Positions 13,907-26,999 of a DNA stretch of 64,000 nt are shown here, piece by piece. Made by a program: the position numbers and the translations under genes. Every line of letters begins with the position of its first letter. The first letter of the stretch is position 1. Origin of the DNA: Bigelowiella natans CCMP2755 (taxonomy: Eukaryota; Protista; Cercozoa); assembly GCA_000320545.1 (NCBI GenBank), contig ADNK01000555.1, positions 33,335-97,334 on the forward strand. The letters run 5' to 3'. A model generated the notes under the pieces. That model did not search any database. It was given only the letters and a program-made list of their open reading frames with translations, and was not told the DNA's origin.

Positions 13907-14206
13907 AAATCAATATTGAGTAATGATACTAGATAATTACATAGATGCTGGACTCAGCAGAAGCTTACAAGCAGCACGACGTAGTAGTACAAAAGTTAAA
14001 TTGTAAAGGAGATGCTACTGCACGTATCTGATGATAGGGACTCTCGTAGCTGCGCCAAGCATTACTTAGTTATAAAAAAGTGCAATGAATAAGGCAGCTA
14101 TTTTGTTCATGTGCGTTAAGAGTATACAAATACTTGCTGGTGTGGTCGCAGCGCTCACCATAGCCACAGTACGCAACATAACACATGTGCATATCACACA
14201 CACATG

Positions 14207-14246
<40 letters not shown>

Positions 14247-15098
14247 TGTGTATGCATTTGTACACACACACATAATATCATTATATCACATATAAATGTC
14301 AATGCACAGAGATGTGTAGTCGTATGACATGACACATTTTCTTTTTCAATTGTCATCCTGATAACATCATGTAAGTTGCAAAGCTGCCGCTACGATATGT
14401 AACGTTCAATTCATTGTATTTGCATGAGGATGCTGCGCTTTAATGTGTAAATGATGCGCATGTAATGCTGCATGTCTATCATTGTAAAATGCTTTGTGAC
14501 TACATATTGCATGCACATGTGCTGAGCCGCACGTCTCTCTGTGTTCTGCGGACAAGCGTTTAGTCCGATCGTGCCTATATCAATTATAACCTTTAGCTTG
14601 GTTTCTGAATAATCAACACATTAATAGTCCGCATAATATTTCATATAAAACATTGTGTCCATAGCTAGCGAGACACATCCCAGTTAATTCCTATGCACGT
14701 TTGACTTGTATACTGCCTAAACATTTGGCAATCTAATGTGTATTCTTGCTGCCTTTGAAATCCCGACACCACTGCGCGTAGATAGATACTATTTTGCGTG
14801 TATTTTGCGGGTGCTTGCTACATTGCTTACTGGTAAAATTTAAGCTTCGTATGACATGCTCAGCTCTTCCTTCCTATGCTACCGCGCAGTTAAAAGGTTA
14901 GCGGTTCCAACGGTCCATGTGATCCATGAGGTTTAATGGCTACATTGTGTCAATTATCAACTGACGTTCTAACAGATACAATAACAGATCTACTTTAATA
15001 ATGGGCTAAAAAAACTTTGGCAGTGTGACATGAAGCCAATCGATATCTTGCGGAAGTTTATTCTGCATCGAACCCCTCCTCCACACCGTGAGAACTTT

Positions 15099-15653
15099 TT
15101 AATACCACTGTGCCTCAACACCAAGAAACGTAGGCTTTACTGAACTCTCTTGCCTCTGTCCCCATCGGCTAAATCCAAGACCTCCGTCTGGGCGTATTGT
15201 TTTCTGTACGTCGGAGCTTTGCAGGTCTCCCCCTCCACTACGGCTACTCGCGGCTACCTTGTGCACACTGTGGGATGCACTCCCCTGTTGCTTCGCAGCA
15301 ACGTGATCAGAAATCATATCGTACGGGGAATCTATAGGCGCACTCCTTCTCATCTCGTAGCCCTTTTTCGCTTCCCCATCTCCCTTGTGACCACTGTCAT
15401 TTTTCTTCTTCCTCAGGTCCCGATAGCTCGGACCTTGATAGGAAGGTTGATCATCATAAATGTCCCAGAATGCCCCCCCTCCGTTGGTGCTCTTTGCGTG
15501 ATGGTGGTTATTATTCACTGTAGTGATTGCCGGAGCTGCGTCGTCGAAAAAATCCCACATGGCATCGCCATTCGATCCTATTATTACATGTATTCGGGAA
15601 CATGCTTGCATTATTTTCTGGGCATATATATTTACAAATGCGGGGAATTTCAC
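15099..15653 (-). CDS. Hypothetical low-complexity protein (terminal exon; true start uncertain)
   Basis: Open frame with repeated WD(F/I)(F/Y)DD motifs. A plausible acceptor (taatag) near 15580 suggests an upstream exon. Confidence 0.4.
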   Translation of the reverse strand: MKFPAFVNIYAQKIMQACSRIHVIIGSNGDAMWDFFDDAAPAITTVNNNHHHAKSTNGGGAFWDIYDDQPSYQGPSYRDLRKKKNDSGHKGDGEAKKGYEMRRSAPIDSPYDMISDHVAAKQQGSASHSVHKVAASSRSGGGDLQSSDVQKTIRPDGGLGFSRWGQRQESSVKPTFLGVEAQWY

Positions 15654-16414
15654 ACCTGTTTCTCCAACGTGACCGTTTTCAAGAATGTCCTTTCCATAAT
15701 ACTTCGCTTGCGAGCCATAGTACCTTAAAATTGTGCATGACGTACAATCATTCGGTGAAGATCCGATATAATTCGATTAGGGGTTTCGGATTCAGACTTG
15801 TCAGCTGGATCTGTAGCCCCATGCCGTGGAATGCTGTCGGCTCTCCTCCGGGACGTACGAGCCGGTGCTCTGTTAAATGGAAAGGAGATTAACCACTAGA
15901 GGGGGGCGGGGACGCATAATTATAGCGTCAGCTTCTACAAGACCTCCGACCGCGCTGGGGTGGAGCAGTCGCCCTTTGTGGAGGTTTATCAAACATCATT
16001 TGCGAAGACAACATGGTGATAGGGGAGGAACGGAGAGGTGTTTGTGTGGGTGGGGGGGTTCCAATCTGCTGCGTCGTCTGGGACCACTCGATCGCCTGGG
16101 TTCCGAAGAGGTGTGGAGAATCAAAATTGCCTATTTAGCCTGTATTTTCCCCCTGCGTCAACACTTTGTCACCTTATTTTCCCTGAACTGAAGCTGTGGA
16201 GCAAAATCCTTTCTAAAATACCATGGTTTCCCCTTAAACGACAGAGCTTCTTGTTCGTCTTAGCGTTCTCAATGCTCGGTAGTGATAATTTCGGTTGCTC
16301 TTCTAGAAACGCAGGAGATTTTTTACCAGAGTCATGATAAAATCGGCAAATTATTAAGGAAATAGATTCTGACTTGGTACTTCTGTCCTGCTCCAAGTGC
16401 TTGCATCCCCCTCC

Positions 16415-19231
16415 ATGACGACAAGCGCTTCGAATCTGAGCGGCTCGTCTATGATCTGGTTGGGATCACGTTCTCTTACCACCGCCATGATCATATGCTG
16501 CGCATTCACTATGACGTGCTTTCGTGGTAGCTACTACTTGCTTTCGGAGAATGAGGTGATATTCTGCATTTTCGAAGACACTCAAACAAGTGTGCGCATG
16601 GACATCTACATTCATACGAAATTTAGAAGTTGCTTTTCGTTAAGGATGCTAGAGAGTTTTTCCGAGCCGATAAAGGTGAACTGTACGAAGCAAGCATGGA
16701 TCACATATCTAGGATAGACGGCAACACATCTGCGGATGCGTCTGCTCATTCTTCAAACTTTGAGCGGCTAGAATCACGATTGAAGCAGCTCGTTGAAATT
16801 GACAAGGGGATTTTGAAGTCGAATGAACGCATCTATCTCAAACTACACGCGCTCAACGAGAGTGGGTTGTGTTTGTATCTTTGCTTTACACTTACACGTG
16901 TGCATCCGTGCTCTCTATCTGCATGTCTGGTCTGTGTGTCAATATACTCAAAAATGTAATACATGCTCTCAAATTTCTTGTTCATCTAACTCTTTGGCAA
17001 ACGCCCTACTATGAAAGCTCTGATGCACAGTGTTACGACGACTGAGGATGTGGGTGGAACTGTCGTTGAATCGATATCAAAAACCAGCTTCGACTTGAAA
17101 GACACTCTAAAAACAGCTCTTCTTGCGATGATGCCGAGGTGGATTGGAGCACAGATGAGAGAATTCCAAATAGAACCCCACGAAAAAAGTCTGAACGTTC
17201 AAGATAACATCGCATCATTGTCTCTTATCCTGTATTCATATTCGACTACCGATTCCCAAATACATCTAATAACTGTTGCAGGAGCAAAAACATCGCAAAA
17301 TATAGGTCATCTGGCATCTACTCCGATGACAAAGCGGGAGTGTCCTCTCTCACATGTAATACCAGCAGCAGCAGTAGGATCAGCATCAGTGAAAACAATG
17401 GCTCCTCACCTTCCCTCATTACCGAACGATCTCACCTAGGAGCACCTGGAAGCAATATCACCATCAATTCAGCACCCATCCTCGACAAAATCACTGTTCA
17501 GCCTCTTGAAATGAACGAAACTAGCGTCACTACCACTAACGATAGCCGCAGCATTCACAATAGCATTAGCATAGGTAGCAGTATGATGAATAATGAGAAC
17601 ATTGAAACCAATGACGAAGGCGAGGAGAAGAAAGAGGATCAGAAACCACTAGTGATAATAGACGCTTCTTCCACCTCCTCATCCCCAATACCTCCTACCA
17701 CACATATGGCAACTCCGCAGCTAGCGAACCGTCATCATCTGACTGGAGGAATAACGTCGCATGTCACGTTCCTGCCGAACAAGCAACAGACAACTAGGCT
17801 CGTGCACATACCAAAGACAGCGGGCTACTCTGTCCTCACGGTGAATTATGAAGAGGGGAAAGGAGGGGATGGGGCGAAGAAAACCACGTTAGGTGGTATT
17901 ATGGTCATCATCATCGTCAGTATAGTTATTATGATCCAAACCCTCTTTCATCACAACAAACTTCTCCGATGTACCAAATTAGGATGTGCGAGGATACATG
18001 AAGATGTTCGAATCGGAAGATTGCGCGCGAAGTAATGTGTGCCCACAATGTGGAGCGTACAAGGTGGTAGAATCTAACTTACATCATCATCAGCAGCAAT
18101 AGCGGTATCAGTAACAATAATCAACGAATATGCAGCAAGTGTTAGATAATGAGATGAGATACAGAACGAATACTACTTGTGCAAAGACACCGCTGCTATA
18201 ATGTTTGAAGAGGGTAACATTTGACTCATTACGACTCATCAGATGATATATCTTCGAGATCCCCGCAAACACGTTCTCTCACAGTTTTTCGAGTGCACCT
18301 ACGGACATGCCAAGGTCTGGACTAGCGTGGACAAGAGATTCCCGAAGTTTCACGACGTGCGACGGGTGGATCCCAAGCTGAGCACTGCCGAGCAGACGCG
18401 CCTCGACATGTTGGCATTTGACAAGTGGCTTGATTATTTCAGTCCAGGCAGCTGGAACGTTCGAGATGGCCATTTAGGGTGCTATCATCCTCGAAACATG
18501 CAAGCTCGGTGAGAAGAAGAATACTCTGAGAGTGGATAGATCGCTACTACGATGTCTTCTATAATGGTGATGATGAGATAGGGCTGGTGGCGATGAGTAT
18601 CATCATTATTAGTTTATTCTCCAATGCTCTGTGTTATGTAGATTACTATCTGTATTATCGATATTTGTTTTGAAGTTCATCCACACAAGCTCATATCTCC
18701 TCTACCCCGCCCTTCAAACCCCCAATTCATCTTTCTCCTCTCCCTACCCTGCTGTCCCTCTACTATCATTTGTCTGAACACTTACTATTCAGCTATATGG
18801 TATGCGAACGGCGCGGTTGGATGAACTCCCACGGTGTGCAGTCTCCACATCTACTGGAGCCGAATATCTCCCGCGCAAAAGCGTTCCTTAATAGCACGTT
18901 CATGTTGGGACTGGTTGAAGAATACGGTCTATCATTGTGCGTCATCGCATTCCAAGCGAGACAGGGTTCCCTACCAGGCTGGTGTTCTTGCGAGCCAACC
19001 GCGCCAAAACCGCCAAGCTTTGCACGTGTTCTTCACGGTGCCCCAGTGCACTCGCTCCGTAACGCCCGCAATGAGAGTCTGGCTAAGATTGACAAGCTGG
19101 TACGCGTCGATTTGGAGCTCTACGCGTACGCGGAGCAGTTGTTTTGGGCGAGGGTTGAAGATGTCGAGGCGAGAACGGGAAAAGACCTCAGCTGTCTCGC
19201 CAGACGAAAGCTGACGCCGACGAAATATTAA
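16415..19231 (+). CDS. Golgi-type (type II membrane) sulfotransferase, Gal-3-O/carbohydrate sulfotransferase-like
   Basis: N-terminal anchor (LTTAMIICCAFTMTCF) and Ser/Thr-rich stem. 5'-PSB motif LVHIPKTAGYSV (about 17799-17834), 3'-PB motif YLRDPRKHVLSQF (about 18249-18290), then LGLVEEYGLSL and DLELYAYAEQLF. Stop TAA at 19229-19231. Confidence 0.85.
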
Positions 19232-19619
19232 TGGTGTCGTTATTAATGGAGTGAAGTACGCATCGTGTTGAACCACTACACGTAGCTTGTCAGATGACGA
19301 CTGGACTTCTGCTTTGGTACTGCGTACAGTGTGGTCACTCGCAACTAAAAGTGTGGTCGGTCTAGACCGAGCAATACAATTACAAAAAAATGCATGGTTT
19401 CTTAACCGCAAGTAGTTGCAGCTTCTTGTCTGCGCATGCATAGCTGCACGTGCTAGCGTGCATCGTCAGCTTTACCATGATTGCAGCACCACGTACCCGC
19501 ACCATAACATCACAAGAGTAGTGCGCGGCCGCCCCATGTTAGCATGTGTGGAATCCTGTGCATGCATTGTTCACACATTTTAATCACTCGCACATTAGCT
19601 AGTTAGGCCGCACACATAG

Positions 19620-19760
19620 ACGTTGCGTCCCCCATCTAGCCATGCCGTGCTGGCGTGTGCCCTGAATGATGCAATGTGGATGGCATGGATCACGGCCATC
19701 TAGCCAATGATGCCAGCACTAGAGCATGGCATCAAGCATGCATTTGAAAGGAACAAATGT
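19620..19760. other. TpA-depleted intergenic island 2 (core; partial depletion about 19430-19850)
   Basis: In the core the TA dinucleotides are essentially only the three CTAG sites. Flanking survivors are biased to TAG. Lies between convergent genes. Confidence 0.65.
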
Positions 19761-20117
19761 AACACCATGTTGTTCCGCTGAATTAAGTGGCTAGATAAAG
19801 AGCAGCTACAACCATGCCACAACATCGCATCAGCACTGAAGTTATGTAAATTAGAGTAGGCAGAAGAACGCAGCTAGCAAGAAGAAATTGTCCAGTGCAA
19901 CTTCTGATGGAATATGCGCACAGGTTTTTCATCGTGTGTTACGTATTGTCGCTTTCAGAGTCGCATAATCTGCGACACGTTATGATCCATAAATCCAGAT
20001 GCGTACGCGCAAGAATACTTAAATTCTGATCATACAAAATCTAGAATATTACCGCTGGAAAATATTTTTTTATGAAATGCATTATTGCATCATGTCGACG
20101 TTTGCTGTGCACACATT

Positions 20118-21437
20118 CTAATCAGTATCGGAGTCATCGTCAGCAATTTTTATGCTTGATTTAGCTTCATCTTCGGCAACAGCTGATAGAATATCATATT
20201 ATCAGTCATATTTTAACGACTATGCTGAGCACTACGATTATCGCTAAAAGCAAAAATCAAGACCACCAAAAGTCTACGACAGATCCCTATTCCAAGTTTC
20301 CACTCTAATATCTTTCTCCCGGTCAAAAATGATCCTGGCATCGTTGTTTTACTACCAAGAAGTTTTTCCCTTGCCTCTTGCGATCGTCCGAGGTCCAGCG
20401 GCACCTTTCCTGAAAGCAGTGAAATGAGAACGATAGTAAAACTTCTCGCAACTAAAGAATACCATTTTGGTTCTTCAGTCCTTTCTCCGCGCCAGCATCA
20501 ATGAGCACCTTTATTACATCTACACAGTCTCGCCAAGCGGCCACTTGAAAACAATACCATTACAACGAAAGATTATAATTAAAGATTCCGGAATTCCTGT
20601 CGCTCATGTGTGTGTGTGTGTGCGCGCGCGCGCGCGCGTGTGGGTTTGTGTTGAATGTATTGCCTTGTATGGTTGTGCAAATGCGGGGAAACGGTGCATG
20701 CACGCGAAATAGGGATATAAGAGCGATTTTTGTCTATCTGTCATGAATAGCTGCGCTAGGATCATTGTTGGTGGTAGAGTGTATGAAACTTAACTATGCA
20801 GCGGCGTATCCTTGACTTTGTTTTGAGCATTCACGCTCGCCTTTGCATCGATCAGCATCTAGATTTATTTAGGGGAATGGAGCACAACAACCATCAGGCA
20901 TAGCAATGGATTAGGATGAAGGACCCCGATTTGTTGATATCTATCTGGTCAACATTCATAGCTATCCTTACTAGTTCTCCAGTTTTACCTGAGCAACTTT
21001 GGTGTGCCCTCCTATTGTCCAAAACATGAAAACACTCAGAGGAGTCTCAAAAGATTGGATGGGGTGCACAGGAAATACGTGCATAATTGTTATCAAGAAT
21101 ATTCGATAGTTTTCGTTATATTTTTATAAATGTACTGATAACTCTTCGCTTTAACACCTGAGCTAGCCCAATGAAGTGCGGTATTTCCAAGCTGGCCAGG
21201 CGTGTTAATCGAGGACTTGGAATCTTTCAAGATCTTCGCAACCTCTTCATCCACACCGCGAGTACAGAACTACAAATGCAATCATGCGCAATGATATTTC
21301 TGAAACAAATTCATTGAGGTCAACAGAAGCCTATTCTGGTTGCTTGATATTTGACGAAAAACAACGTCGTGTTTTGGCACTTTGATCACACCAACCTCGT
21401 GGAACTGCTCGAGCACAGATATCTTTTTTGTAGTCAT
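20118..21437 (-). CDS. Ankyrin-repeat protein resembling the ankyrin/acidic-tail part of OSTF1 (no SH3 exon seen)
   Basis: Hand-spliced: MTTKKISVLEQFHE|FCTRGVDEEVAKILKDSKSSINTPGQLGNTALHWASS|GGHTKVAQ|MLIDAKASVNAQNKVKDTPLH|VAAWRDCVDVIKVLIDAGAEKGLKNQN|GKVPLDLGRSQEAREKLL|AVAEDEAKSSIKIADDDSDTD*. Not captured by the ORF track. Confidence 0.85.
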
Positions 21438-22578
21438 CCGTTCTGTATAAGGGACACTGTGAGCAGGTGATAACGTCGTAGCTTAGCTTTCCGATTCCGG
21501 ATGCAACAAAAGCAAATAATTCCTGGAAACATGTGCCATGCATCAACTGTTCTATGGATTTCCTCGATTAAATGGCAGGCGAGATTCTACATACAAGTAG
21601 ATTACGAATCTCACATAAAAATGGGGTCCTTGGATTGCAGTGGTGGTAGGCACGACCTTTTCAAGCGAGTTGGCTGAAGTACACGATGTATTTACACGAG
21701 TCTATCAGGCTTTTAGTACTTAGAGAGTCGGCCAAATTCTCAAATCGCGCAAAAATCACACCCAATATTGAAGAAAACATTAAAATAATTATGTCTCATA
21801 TTGATAAGTAGATAGATATTTAGTTACAAATGAGGTCCATAGTCTTTCCTGTGAGTCTTACAACAAGAAACTACCATTAATATGAATAGTGTGTGATATT
21901 CTTTTAAAGAGACAAACATATTATGTTAAAAATAGTGAAAAAAGGATCAATCACTGCTGACTGGGTATTTGAGGCAAGATGATAAAATAGGTTATATTTG
22001 AGTCTAGATCTATAATGTTGGTAAACAACAGTTCTGACGCAAAAACACAATTGGAATCCATATTTTTATTATAACGACAACAGGTTTATGTAGACGTTAG
22101 TTGCAAATGCTGAATATTCCTTGACTTTTTCCGGACCACAAGTGCCGGGATTAAACTTCGCGACGATTCGAGAAAGAATCCCGTCCGTCATTACCGGATT
22201 TTGGTGACGATAATTGTAAAAATGAAGGGGATACTACAACTAGATCTAGGGTTACAGAAGATACATCATTTACGAGTAGCTTAATTTACATTCTGAATTT
22301 ATTTCAGAAATCATAGAATCTACAGTCCATTCACAATTTACGACTTGATCATCGCCAAGAATTTGTTATTTGCGGGCAGTGGTTAGACCGCAAGGTGTTG
22401 TTTATCGCGAAGTGAAAGCCGTCGAAGGGTTTCACCGAAACAAATTAACAAAAAACGTATTTATGGATTATCGTCCTTGATAAATAGCCTTGATTTTGCC
22501 TCTTCCTTCAACCCAAACCCCACCAACCAACCTCAACCCTCTACGCTTGACAGAACTCAAACGAAGAAATTCTATAAC

Positions 22579-23149
22579 ATGCCTCGTCGTGGTCGCTCCT
22601 CCCGTTCCCGTGGATCCTCTTTCGGATCGCGTAGATCTATGTCTACAACTACTGCTTCTAAGCCTAAGGCCAAACGTCCACCACCACCAGCGCAGTCTAG
22701 AACAGCTCCTGCTCCTGCCCAATCTCAAGGGGGGTCCATGGTAGGCGGACTTGGCTCCATGCTTATGCAAGGTCCTATCAATATTCTGTTTTCGGACTTG
22801 TAAATATTTGAGCATCGTTTTTACGTATTTTTCATCTCCACGAAGCCTGATAACTACGAATACAACAAAAGGTATGGCTTGGGGTGCTGCATCCTCTGTT
22901 GGACACCGAGCTGTGGACGCCGTAATGGGCCCTCGCTCCGTGAATGTGGAGCACTCCCATCCTGAGTCGAAGGGGGAAACTAAGCAGGCTCCCCAGCAAA
23001 ACTCCGAAGGATTCAACTGCAGCTTCGAACTGGGTCAGTTCAATCAGTGTGTCCAAAAAAATAGTGGAGACATCGGTGCTTGTCAGTTCTATTTTGATGC
23101 GATGAACCAGTGCAACCAAACCTTAAAGGACAACCAGAAGTGGAACTAG
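22579..23149 (+). CDS. CHCHD2: Mitochondrial intermembrane-space twin CX9C protein, CHCHD2/CHCHD10/Mix17 family
   Basis: Basic N-terminus MPRRGRSSRSRG, hydrophobic core GMAWGAASSVGHRAVDAVMG, and C-X9-C...C-X9-C (CSFELGQFNQC, CQFYFDAMNQC). One GT-AG intron at 22772-22871. Confidence 0.93.
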
Positions 23150-24087
23150 AGTTCCTAATGTGAATATATCATCGTGAGACCGGCGTTGAAACTTGACCGA
23201 GAACTCGTGATAACACATAATTTGTCGGTGGGTCCAGGGTTAGAGGTTGATGTTCAGAATCTTAAAAAAATGTACATCACCATGTAGCCGTGATTCATAA
23301 AAATGGAATGCAGTAAATCGTCGCTTTTGTCGCATATATCGCGTTCATGCTCTGTTGTGCATGCATGGTACCTGTGTTATTGTAATAAATATGCTTGATT
23401 TCGATCCTTTTTGGAGTTGACATCGCAGCTAGGCGTGTGCCTCATGTGTGCTAGCTAGAGTACGGCATGCATGTACATCTACATAGAATTGCAGTAACGA
23501 TGCTTGTGCCTAGCTGCATACGTGTGTAGTGTCTAACTGCCTACGCATGTATAAGTATCTGCTTTTATGTGTGTCCTCAATTTTTCGCAGCACGATTCTG
23601 TGCATCATCACAAACCATGCTAGCTAGCTAGCCAGCATGCACGACGGCGCACATGCACGTATAGCTAGCGTAGTCTAGCTAGCAGATATCAGCAGTGCAT
23701 GCGCAACACTATTCTAGCTGGATGGGAATAAATAGGCTGTAGTTTCCCTTCCCGTACATACATGTCTAGTAGACGTGTTGCAGGCTAGCAGGGTGCGTAT
23801 CTATGGTCAACTCTAAGGAGAGTAGAGTGTCTATATTTACTTGCGTGCATGTGTACCGATTGCGGCGATTGGCATTGCACTGCGAATGATAGACATGCAA
23901 TACACAATATATATAATATATATAGTGTATTGCTGTGTCTATTATGCGAGGCCGTACCGTGCCAATAATCCTGCATAGTTTTATGGCGCATAAGGCTAAT
24001 TATAAAAGCTCATACGATGTTGCAGGTATTACATCGCATGCTCTGCTCATATATCTATAAAAACAAGACACATTGTATAGGACGGAC

Positions 24088-24236
24088 TTAAGAGTCAAGT
24101 AGTTTCTTTTCATTCGAATGTAATAGGTATTTCTGCCAATTTTCATGCTCCAGAGTCCTGAAATCATCTTTGGTTGCTATTAATTTAAGATATTCTGTAA
24201 GATACAGAAGTTCCTTATCCCTATGCCTAGAATGGG

Positions 24237-24278
<42 letters not shown>

Positions 24279-24781
24279 GCGCGCGCGCATGAATCATGCA
24301 CCGTCATAAGACTACCAAATTATTTAGATTAATATTTGCCTGTTTTTATAAGCCTTCTTATACGCCTTAATCTTCAGCCCAGACTGCGGATTCATCACTG
24401 TACGTGCAATGTTGTAATTTACATATAAAATAAATTTTAAATCACGAATAAAAGTATGCGTTGGCGGGGAATGAGATTAGTTCCAGTTCCACTAGATAAA
24501 GTAATCATTAATTGATTTTATTGTTCACTTTTTGATCTCGTTTTATACTTTGATCACTCTCACTACTACCAAAGTTGCGGCCAAGATCATCAACGTGGAC
24601 GGTATTTTTGGCGCTCCACTGAGGAAATTTGCTCCATATAATTCCCAGAGATTTCACCTATTTTGATTGTGTTGAGGAACTCCCATTGCTTACGAATATA
24701 TTGTATTACCTGGTGCTTGCGAACGCGTCCCTTCCTCATCGAGGAGACACTGAACATGCACCTGTAATAGATAGGTGTATG

Positions 24782-24833
<52 letters not shown>

Positions 24834-26794
24834 AGAGAAAGAAAGACAGAAAGATAGAGAGAAAGGAGATTATGCAATATTGGGAGACTATTGAGTCGAG
24901 TTAGGGCTAAATGCGACTTCCACAATTTGAAAAACAAATCATTACGTCTTGTCCAAGACGAAACATATCTTATAATCCGGATGTGTGAGAAATCCTATCA
25001 ATACCGCATACAGCATTCGACTTTAGAAACGTATTCGGAATGATATAAATGCGAAAGGAAACATGGATAGTTTTGCAGAGTGAGCATCACAAACGTCATA
25101 ATTGATTTCTACTTCACTACTACCTAATTCTGTGAGCTTGATCTCCAGCCACTTCCAGGACGTTTGGCTCCAAAAGATAATATCTTTTCGAGTGCAATGC
25201 ACATATAAGAAGAACCCAAAAAGAGAGGGATGGAAAACCAACCGTCAAGAGCCAGAAACGGAGATATTAGAACAGCAAAATAAATTAGCAGGGGAAGATT
25301 TACCATAATAGGGGTACAGTTCTTTCAGAAAGTGATCGGAGAAAGGCCGTTTTAGCTCTGAACATTTGAGGCAGTGCAAAAAAATAAAGATAATTTTATG
25401 ACCACTTTGCGATGACTGGTGCCTCATATAACTCAGTAAAATGCAAATCTCCAGCACTTCCGTATTAAATATCCGGGCATTAATGTTGATCTCTCAAATG
25501 CATATGGTAAATATGGAACAGTCACTGATGTAATTAGGATGGTGAGTGGTATTAGAATAATTCCATCACCGTTAAAGTTTTCTGCGGAAGATTTCATGTC
25601 GAACAGAGTGTAGTCCAAATCCATCACTAGCTATACACCATTACACCAACATACTTATTTTTAGTGGAGCCAAAATCCGTGTTCTCATGGCATTTATAGC
25701 AACCAAGCTGCATGATATTTGTGCCATATATGTATAAATGAAGAAGTCTATCAGAAGAATATGCAGAAGATGTAAGCTTCGCGTGATTTTTGTGGGTTGA
25801 TTTGTTCGTTTGTGTCATCGTCAAACCAGAGGCTTGTCCTTTCGAGGTTTGTTCATGATGTTTATTGTGAGTTGTCCAGCAACTTCCTTCTGATCAGACA
25901 ATATTTTTGCGATTATCAATTAAAAGGAGCAAATCACTGAATTCTACCATCTTGGCAATATTTTCGGGCGCATTTTTCAGGATGAGGGCCTCTTCGATCT
26001 AGCATCCATAGTGCACATGGAAAATAAAATATTAATCATAACATGGAGCAAGCATGATTTATCCTACAAATATCAAGAAAATGAGTTTGATCTCGTGTGT
26101 GTAAAAAAAATGTTGGCAAACGACTACTGGCAACATCTCTCCCTTCACTCTCTCTGAACGAACACAACTACGCACGTCATAGTTGAAGTCTTGGTCTAGA
26201 TCATTCAACACCTCCGGTAGATCCTTTTCGTCTGGTGTTATCAACTAGGTATTTGTTTTACACTGACGGATGGTCTTAGGGTTGGGAGACATGTACAGTG
26301 CGTGCGCATAAGTTGCGTAGGTGTAGGCATTCACAGCACCTTTATCCACCACTGCCTCTGCTTCAGGTACGCCGACCATCATAAACTATGGAAACCAATC
26401 TTAGCTTGCAGATGAGAATATGCTTTCTCTATCTACCACAACCGCATACACCTTTTTCACTTCTCCCAAGTGATACCTTTGTTTTCCGCCCACCTCGGAG
26501 TGACAACGCCGCGAGCTTGGTGTTGTCGGAAATGCTTGTGGTCGACGACGATGATGATTCTGAGGACGATGACGAATGTTCTTTTTTCTTGTGTAGACGC
26601 AGACCAATAAGTTTTTGTCGCTTCGGCTGCACCTGTGTCAGGTCTGCGAGCATCTGCCGCACTTTCCCAATTGTATGTTCTTTTGACAACTGGCATTTTA
26701 TAGAAAACCATCCTTATGTTGTTAATGTACGGAACCTTTGCTGCTGTTGCTTACTCCCTCCCTCCCTCCCGTTCCCCTCCTCCAACCACCCCCC

Positions 26795-26843
<49 letters not shown>

Positions 26844-26999
26844 TCTCTCACTCTCGCTCTCTCTCTCTCGCTAGTTTGTTCTCACCTTGAGGGTGAAGCT
26901 CTTCTTTTGCCACTTGCATAGAAGCTCAACACTTGAGTCATCCTTCTTCGGGCTCGCAATTTTTTGCACATCCTTCGCCTTACCCTCTTTCACACTCAT
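24088..26999 (-). CDS. UBLCP1: Ubiquitin-like domain-containing CTD phosphatase 1 (HAD/NIF phosphatase)
   Basis: UBL region (LCKWQKKSFTL; TIGKVRQMLADLTQVQPKRQKLIGL; FMMVG), HAD motif DLDYTLFD (about 25600-25625), LKRPFSDHFL, IIFWSQTSWKWLEIKLTELG, DLGRNF, MNPQSGLKIKAY, and terminal DKELLYLTEYLKLIATKDDFRTLEHENWQKY. Confidence 0.92.

Noticed and set aside
4065-14356. Many short ORFs with HTHT, YIYI, CVCV, ERER or poly-M/poly-I runs
   Set aside because: They are translations of intronic microsatellites, not proteins. The same applies across 28988-33001 and 47600-57400.
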